Shown here: positions 58,229-64,000 of the stretch, in pieces
Layout of the letters: each line of letters starts with the position of its first letter
Numbering within the stretch: the first letter of the stretch is position 1
From: Gemmatimonadales bacterium
GTDB lineage: Bacteria > Gemmatimonadota > Gemmatimonadetes > Gemmatimonadales > GWC2-71-9
DNA: 64,000 bases
Assembly (NCBI GenBank): GCA_041577295.1
Contig: JBFGJG010000002.1
Location: 32,001 to 96,000 of the forward strand
Direction: 5' to 3'
The notes under the pieces: generated by a model
The model's database searches: none
What the model was told of the DNA's origin: nothing
Seen by the model: only the letters and a program-made list of their open reading frames with translations
Program-made: the position numbers and the translations under genes

Positions 58229-59758
58229 ATGTCGGGTCTCGTCGCATTCCTGGTGATCGTCCACTTCGCCGCGTCGCTATTGTTGGCGGGGTTCGGCGTT
58301 CACCGCCTATCGCTCGCCGTCCGATATCACTTGTTGGTGAAGCGGCAGAGGCGCCATCGACCACATCCACCGGAGCGACTCCCCCGCGTCACGGTCCAGA
58401 TCCCCCTGTACAACGAGCGGTATGTTGCCACCCGCGCGGTCCGGGCGGCGGCGGCGCTGAAGTATCCACGACCCCTGCTCGAGATCCAGGTGTTGGACGA
58501 CTCGACCGACGAAACGATTGGCGAGATCGCCCGAGTAGTTGCCGAGCTTCGTGAGCAGGGGATTAACATCCACCACTTGCATCGTGCGCGGCGAGACGGG
58601 TTCAAGGCCGGAGCACTCGCGGCCGGGCTGAGAGTGGCGCGGGGCGAGTTGGTCGCCATCTTTGACGCCGACTTCATTCCGTCGAGCGACTTCTTGTTAC
58701 AAACGGTCGGCGAGTTCTCGGACCCTACCGTTGGTTTGGTTCAGGCACGGTGGGAGCACCTCAACGTCGAGACGTCGGTACTGACGAGGGCGCAAGCAGT
58801 ACAGCTCGATGCGCATTTCACGATCGAACACGGCGTGCGGGCGGGCACGGGCTGCTTCTTTAACTTCAACGGGACGGCCGGCATCTGGCGGAAACAGGCA
58901 ATCCAGTCCGCCGGTGGATGGGCCGCCGACACCCTGACCGAAGACCTGGATCTCTCTTATCGCGCCCAGCTACAGGGCTGGCGCTTCGTCTACCGCGATG
59001 ACATCGGTGTGCCGTCGGAGCTTCCAGTCGAGGTCGCGGGCTATCGCATTCAGCAGCAACGCTGGGCGCAGGGCGGCGTCCAGACGGCCCGAAAGGTGCT
59101 TCCCGCCATCTTACGGGCGCCTATTCGCTCAAAGGTGAAGCGGGAGGCACTCTGGCACCTCGCGGGGCATTTCAGCTATCCGCTGATTCTCCTGCTCGCG
59201 GCTGCCGGTCTTGGTGTTTCGTGGCTCGCCGGTCCGGTGGAGCGAAGCTGGGTCGTGACAGTCGATGGAACCCTGCTCCTTTTCGCGACCGCTTCACTGA
59301 CGGTGTTCTATGGCACGGCTGCGTGGGTCCGCGCACCTCAGCAGCTCGGTCGCCGGTTGCTGATGGTTCCGGTCATCATGATCCTCGGTGCCGGAATCGC
59401 CATTGGACAGACCACAGCAGTCATCCGTGGCCTCCTCCGCGGGTGTCGCACTCCCTTCCGCCGAACGCCCAAGTACCAGTTGCGTGGGCGACACGACACT
59501 TCGTGGCGCTCCGCCGTGTACCGTATTCCTGCCACCGGTACTGCAACGATCGACTGCGTCCTCGGGGTGACGGTCCTGACCCTTGGCGCGCTACAACTCA
59601 TCTCCGGTGGCGCCGCACCAACGGGGATGGGGGTGCTCGTTGGCGCCGGGTTGCTCAGTGTAGGTACCGCGGCGTTTGCTCAGCGCCGTCCGCGTTTTCG
59701 CACCATTCAGCACGAGCGCCGTGGTCGTCAGGTCACTCGCATGCTCACAGCCCCCTGA
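58229..59758 (+). CDS. GT2 processive glycosyltransferase (cellulose-synthase-like)
   Basis: QIPLYNE, DDSTD, KAGAL, FDADF, TEDLD and QQQRW, with TM helices. Confidence 0.9.
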   Translation: MSGLVAFLVIVHFAASLLLAGFGVHRLSLAVRYHLLVKRQRRHRPHPPERLPRVTVQIPLYNERYVATRAVRAAAALKYPRPLLEIQVLDDSTDETIGEIARVVAELREQGINIHHLHRARRDGFKAGALAAGLRVARGELVAIFDADFIPSSDFLLQTVGEFSDPTVGLVQARWEHLNVETSVLTRAQAVQLDAHFTIEHGVRAGTGCFFNFNGTAGIWRKQAIQSAGGWAADTLTEDLDLSYRAQLQGWRFVYRDDIGVPSELPVEVAGYRIQQQRWAQGGVQTARKVLPAILRAPIRSKVKREALWHLAGHFSYPLILLLAAAGLGVSWLAGPVERSWVVTVDGTLLLFATASLTVFYGTAAWVRAPQQLGRRLLMVPVIMILGAGIAIGQTTAVIRGLLRGCRTPFRRTPKYQLRGRHDTSWRSAVYRIPATGTATIDCVLGVTVLTLGALQLISGGAAPTGMGVLVGAGLLSVGTAAFAQRRPRFRTIQHERRGRQVTRMLTAP

Positions 59759-59776
59759 TTCGCCGGGAACGCCGTC

Positions 59777-61573
59777 ATGCTTCCTGAAACCCTTGCGGGT
59801 CTCGCTGGCATCGTCGTCTTGGGCGTCGCAGCGCAGTGGCTGGCGTGGCGGCTCAAACTTCCGTCGATCTTGTTTCTGCTCATCGTCGGATTCGTTGCCG
59901 GACCCGTCGTCGGCTTCGTAAACCCCGACCAGTTACTCGGCGACTTGCTGTTTCCGATCGTCTCACTATCCGTCGCCATCATCCTGTTTGAAGGTGGGCT
60001 GAGCCTCGATGTCGCCGAACTCCGCATCGTCGGCAAGGTCGTACGGAACCTCGTATCTATCGGTGCGCTGGTCACATGGATCTTGGCGGGTGTGTTGGCT
60101 TACACCGCACTGGGACTCTCGCTCCCGCTCGCGGCGTTGCTCGGGGCGATACTCGTCGTCACGGGCCCCACCGTGATAGGACCGTTGCTCCGGCACATTC
60201 AGCCACAGGCCAAAATAGGATCAGCTGTGAAATGGGAAGGCATCGTCAACGACCCCATCGGTGCGATCCTGGCGGTACTGGTATTCGAGGTCGTCCTTGC
60301 CGGTGGCTTCGAAGCGGGTGCCACGGTCGCCGCGGTTGTGATCGTCAAAGCCGTGACCATCGGCGGCGCCTTGGGACTCGCTGGCGCTGGGATCATCGTT
60401 CTGTTGCTCAGCAAACACTGGGTTCCCGACTACTTGCAGAATCCCGTTGCGCTCGCATTCGTACTGATGGTGTTCACCGCCTCGAATCTCCTCCAAGCCG
60501 AATCGGGGCTGTTGACGGTCACGGTGATGGGATCGGCGCTGGCAAGTCAAAAAATCGTCGCAGTCCGTCATATCGTGGAGTTCAAGGAAAACCTCCGCGT
60601 CCTGTTACTGTCCATCCTCTTCATTGTCTTGGCCGCGCGCCTGCCAACCGAGGCTTCCGCCTATACGGACGCCGGCAGCTTCCTGTTCCTGGGCGGACTC
60701 ATTCTCTTGGTGCGTCCAGCGGCGGTCGCGTTGTCGACCCTCGGCTCCAAGTTCAATTGGCGCGAGCGCGTCTTTTTGGGCATGATGGCACCACGAGGGA
60801 TCGTGGCGGCGGCGGTATCGTCTCTGTTTGCGCTCGAGCTCGTCGAGCACGGCTACCCTAATGCCGAGCGGCTGGTACCCGTGACGTTCCTCGTCATCGT
60901 CGGAACCGTCGCCGTTTACGGTCTCTCCGCCCCTACCATTGCGCGGGTGATGGGGCTTGCCACGCCCAACCCGCAGGGAATGCTATTCGTCGGCGCGGCA
61001 CCGTGGGTGCGTGAGGTGGCGCGGCTCTTAGTAAAGGAAAACGTCCTTGTGATTCTCGTTGACTCCAACTGGGTCAACGTGACGGCGTCACGCCGCGCCG
61101 GCCTCGCGAGCCACCACGTCAACATTCTCTCCGATCAAACAATCGAAGACCTCGACCTGAATGGTGTGGGACGGCTGTTAGCGCTCACTCCAAACGACGA
61201 GGTCAACACGCTGGCTGCGCTGCGGTTCCAAGATGTCTTCGGACGGTCCGGCGTTTTTCAACTCCCGCCGACCGGGGCCAACACGGGAGATAGTCGGGTC
61301 AGCCTCGAACTCGGGGGAAGGACGCTGTTCGCCAAGGGAGCCACGCACGCGGAGTTGAGTGCCCGGCTCTCAAAAGGTGCTGTGATCGAGAAGCACCGGC
61401 TCACGGAAGAGTTCGGTTTCGAGGCGTACCAGGCTCGTTATGGGGAAACCGCGATTCCGATGTTCCTGCTGCGGGAGTCCGGTGAGGTAGTCATCTTCAC
61501 ATCCGAAGGTGGGCCGACCCCGACCCCAAAGGCCGGTCAAACACTCATTAGCCTCGTCGACCCCGTCGCATAG
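59777..61573 (+). CDS. CPA1 (NhaP-type) sodium:proton antiporter with a C-terminal TrkA-N-like domain
   Basis: ILFEGGL, TGPTVI, EGIVNDP and PRGIVAA, plus an NAD-binding-like tail. Confidence 0.88.
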   Translation: MLPETLAGLAGIVVLGVAAQWLAWRLKLPSILFLLIVGFVAGPVVGFVNPDQLLGDLLFPIVSLSVAIILFEGGLSLDVAELRIVGKVVRNLVSIGALVTWILAGVLAYTALGLSLPLAALLGAILVVTGPTVIGPLLRHIQPQAKIGSAVKWEGIVNDPIGAILAVLVFEVVLAGGFEAGATVAAVVIVKAVTIGGALGLAGAGIIVLLLSKHWVPDYLQNPVALAFVLMVFTASNLLQAESGLLTVTVMGSALASQKIVAVRHIVEFKENLRVLLLSILFIVLAARLPTEASAYTDAGSFLFLGGLILLVRPAAVALSTLGSKFNWRERVFLGMMAPRGIVAAAVSSLFALELVEHGYPNAERLVPVTFLVIVGTVAVYGLSAPTIARVMGLATPNPQGMLFVGAAPWVREVARLLVKENVLVILVDSNWVNVTASRRAGLASHHVNILSDQTIEDLDLNGVGRLLALTPNDEVNTLAALRFQDVFGRSGVFQLPPTGANTGDSRVSLELGGRTLFAKGATHAELSARLSKGAVIEKHRLTEEFGFEAYQARYGETAIPMFLLRESGEVVIFTSEGGPTPTPKAGQTLISLVDPVA

Positions 61574-61627
61574 CCCATCTTTCGGATCCGGGAACATCGA
61601 AACCGGCATTCTCCTTTCTTATACAGA

Positions 61628-62740
61628 ATGGCGATTTCCCCTTGGATATGGCTTGCCGCTGCGAGCGTCGGCGTCTTCCCCGCGACGTCCTTCGCGCAAT
61701 CGGGTGAGTGGCGAACGGACTTCGAGAAGCACACCGTTCCGCTCTCGGAGATCGTCTCGGGTGGACCCCCCAAGGATGGTATACCCGCCATCGATCGCCC
61801 AAAGTTCGAGAGCGTACGCCAGGCAAATCGGTGGATGGAGGACCGGGAACCAGTCGTCGTCGTGTCGCTGAACGGCGAAACCAAGGCGTACCCTCTTCAG
61901 ATCCTCATATGGCACGAGATCGTCAACGACGTGGTGGGCGGCATCCCGGTTGCCGTGACCTTTTGCCCGTTGTGCAACACCGCGCTCACCTTTGATCGGC
62001 GTGTCGGAAACCGGGTGCTCGACTTCGGCACGACGGGTAAGCTACGCCACAGCGATCTCGTGATGTACGATCGTCAGACAGAGAGCTGGTGGCAGCAGGC
62101 CAACGGTGAGGGAATTGTGGGACACTACGCCGGCACGCGGCTCGAGTTCATCAGCTCGCCGCTCGTCAGTTGGAAGGAGTTCAGGCGCGCGCACCCCACG
62201 GCGATCGTCTTGTCGCGCGAGACCGGCTTCCGCCGGCGGTACGGCGAAAACCCCTACGTGGGCTACGACGATCTCCGCGGGCGGCCATACCGACACTTCT
62301 TCTCCCGCGCGCCTGACGGTCGGCTGCCGGCCATGGAACGGGTCGTCGCGATTGAGATCGGGACCACGCCAACGGCATATCCATTCTCGTTCCTTTCGAC
62401 CAAGCGTGTCGTGAACGACGTGATCGAGGATCAACACATTGTCGTCGTTTGGGCACCGGGGACCGCGAGCGCGCTCGACAGAAATCGATTGGCCGATGGG
62501 CGCGAGGTGGGATCGAGCAACGTGTTCGATCGACGACTCGGGGATCGCACCCTCGAGTTCGAGCCAGCCGGCGAAACCACGTTCCGCGACAAGCAGACCG
62601 GCACCACATGGGATCTGTTCGGAAAGGGTGTGGCGGGTCCCTTGTCAGGGGCACAGCTTGAAACCATACCTCACGGCAACCATTTTTGGTTCGCCTGGGT
62701 GGTGTTCAAGCCCAAAACCAAGATCGTGAGCCTCCCATGA
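61628..62740 (+). CDS. DUF3179 domain protein (Cys form)
   Basis: GGPPKDGIPAID, AYP..IL.WHEIVND, TFCPLC, MYDRQTESWWQQ and FWFAW. Confidence 0.88.
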   Translation: MAISPWIWLAAASVGVFPATSFAQSGEWRTDFEKHTVPLSEIVSGGPPKDGIPAIDRPKFESVRQANRWMEDREPVVVVSLNGETKAYPLQILIWHEIVNDVVGGIPVAVTFCPLCNTALTFDRRVGNRVLDFGTTGKLRHSDLVMYDRQTESWWQQANGEGIVGHYAGTRLEFISSPLVSWKEFRRAHPTAIVLSRETGFRRRYGENPYVGYDDLRGRPYRHFFSRAPDGRLPAMERVVAIEIGTTPTAYPFSFLSTKRVVNDVIEDQHIVVVWAPGTASALDRNRLADGREVGSSNVFDRRLGDRTLEFEPAGETTFRDKQTGTTWDLFGKGVAGPLSGAQLETIPHGNHFWFAWVVFKPKTKIVSLP

Positions 62741-63183
62741 CCGCGCCTCCGCACGTCCCCCAACGTACGCTTGCGCTCGGATTAGCGATCCTCCGCATCT
62801 CGCTTGGCATATTCCTGTTGATCTGGGCGCTCGAAAAGTTTGCGATCCCGCAGACAACGGTGGGCATTTGGGGTCACTTCTACATGATCGATATTGGGGC
62901 CGCGATCCCGTACGTTGTTGGTGGGTTAGAGACCGTATTGGCGCTGGCCATCACGGTGGGGCTGTGGCGATCGGTTTCCTATGCCCTGGGTCTTGGGTTC
63001 CACGCGATCTCGGTCGCATCGACCTGGAAGCAACTCATTGACCCATGGGGATTGTACTTGTTCGAGCGACCGCAACATCTATTTCTTGCCGGCGTGCCCG
63101 TCCTGGCCGCATTTGTGACGTTGTTCCTGCTTCGTGAGGCGGATATTTGGACAGTAGACGGAAAGCGCTCGGGCGCCTGGTAG
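62737..63183 (+). CDS. DoxX-like membrane protein
   Basis: LRISLG......W..EKF pattern and four TM helices. ATGA overlap. Confidence 0.7.
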   Translation: MTAPPHVPQRTLALGLAILRISLGIFLLIWALEKFAIPQTTVGIWGHFYMIDIGAAIPYVVGGLETVLALAITVGLWRSVSYALGLGFHAISVASTWKQLIDPWGLYLFERPQHLFLAGVPVLAAFVTLFLLREADIWTVDGKRSGAW

Positions 63184-63198
63184 GATAGGCACTCCCGT

Positions 63199-64000
63199 TC
63201 AGCTGCGCGTTGCAGCCGCGTGCTGGTCGAAGATCTCACGGATGCGACCAGCCAACTGCGCCAGCGTCCACGGCTTTCGCACGAGTGGAAGTGACGAATC
63301 GAGCCCGGTGCTATCAAAGCCGTCCCGCAGCATGTAGCCGCTCATGAAAAGCACTTTGACGTCCGGGAACTCCCGCTGCAGCTGTCGATACATCTTGGTG
63401 CCGGTCATCTTTGGCATCACGACGTCGGTCAGCACGAGCTGGATCTCGTCCGCGTGACGGCGGAAGACGTCGAGTCCCTCCTGGCCATTGCTTGCAAGCA
63501 GAATCCGATAGCCAAGCCGTTCCAGCCCCCGGCGAACCGCCGCACGGATGGCTGATTCGTCTTCGACCACCAGGATTGTCTCCTGGCCACGTGGCAGGAC
63601 ATCCAGCAGCTTGGGTGCCTCGAGACTCGATTGTGGCACGCCGCTCACCGGAAAGAACAGCGTAACGGTCGTACCCGCGCCGATATCGCTGATGACATCG
63701 ATGTAGCCATCGTGTTGTTTCACGAGGCCATAGATCATAGCCATCCCAAGACCCGTTCCGGCACCGGGTGCTTTGGTGGTGAAGAAGGGCTCGAAGATCC
63801 GTCGCTTGGTTTCCGTGTCCATCCCGGTTCCGGTATCGCTCATGCGAACGCACACGTACGCACCCTCCCGTCCCCACCCCCGCTTCACCCGGAACGCCTC
63901 ATCAATGTCACCGGCGTAGATATCGATCCTGAGCCGCCCGCCGTCCGGCATGGCGTCTCGCGCATTTGTCGCGAGGTTCACCAGCATCTGCTCCACCGCT
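63199..64000 (-). CDS. Hybrid sensor histidine kinase/response regulator (C-terminal part)
   Basis: [24 protein letters not shown] and GTGLG; receiver VEDE, TDVVMP, SGY, KP. Runs off the window end. Confidence 0.92.
   Translation of the reverse strand, partial: AVEQMLVNLATNARDAMPDGGRLRIDIYAGDIDEAFRVKRGWGREGAYVCVRMSDTGTGMDTETKRRIFEPFFTTKAPGAGTGLGMAMIYGLVKQHDGYIDVISDIGAGTTVTLFFPVSGVPQSSLEAPKLLDVLPRGQETILVVEDESAIRAAVRRGLERLGYRILLASNGQEGLDVFRRHADEIQLVLTDVVMPKMTGTKMYRQLQREFPDVKVLFMSGYMLRDGFDSTGLDSSLPLVRKPWTLAQLAGRIREIFDQHAAATRS

Noticed and set aside
61628..62740. DUF3179 as a second selenoprotein
   Set aside because: The CPLC motif is encoded by TGC codons, and there is no in-frame TGA.

Overview
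High-GC bacterial chromosomal segment. Gene content and style suggest Gemmatimonadota, which is an inference only. It is densely coding: about 55 CDS, one tRNA-Asn(GTT), and no rRNA, CRISPR array, integrase or transposase that I can see. Housekeeping genes include selD (a selenoprotein with an in-frame UGA that the ORF track truncates), an RNase HI with a rearranged active site, dCMP deaminase, a LeuB-like dehydrogenase, thiolase, 3-hydroxybutyryl-CoA dehydrogenase, thyA-folA and an EF-G paralogue. The best candidate for an uncharacterised system is a self-contained four-gene operon at 20948-24720: two Ddl-like ATP-grasp ligases, a GNAT and a lysine 2,3-aminomutase-type radical SAM enzyme. It has its own sigma70-like promoter and an overlapping palindrome, and it plausibly makes an acylated beta-lysine peptide. 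Other notable items are: a roughly 21 kb amine/amino-acid metabolic region (paired COG1233 flavoproteins, a Rieske oxygenase, DmpA, two class III aminotransferases, an ALDH, a CoA-transferase, a permease, an atypical stand-alone A-T-TE NRPS-like enzyme and a saccharopine-dehydrogenase-like protein); a geranylgeranyl reductase plus squalene synthase pair; a four-helix-bundle gene bracketed by inverted 9-nt tandem repeats; two probable CTG start codons in CTGA stop/start overlaps; and a histone-H1-like protein. All calls come from motif recognition by eye. No database searches were run.
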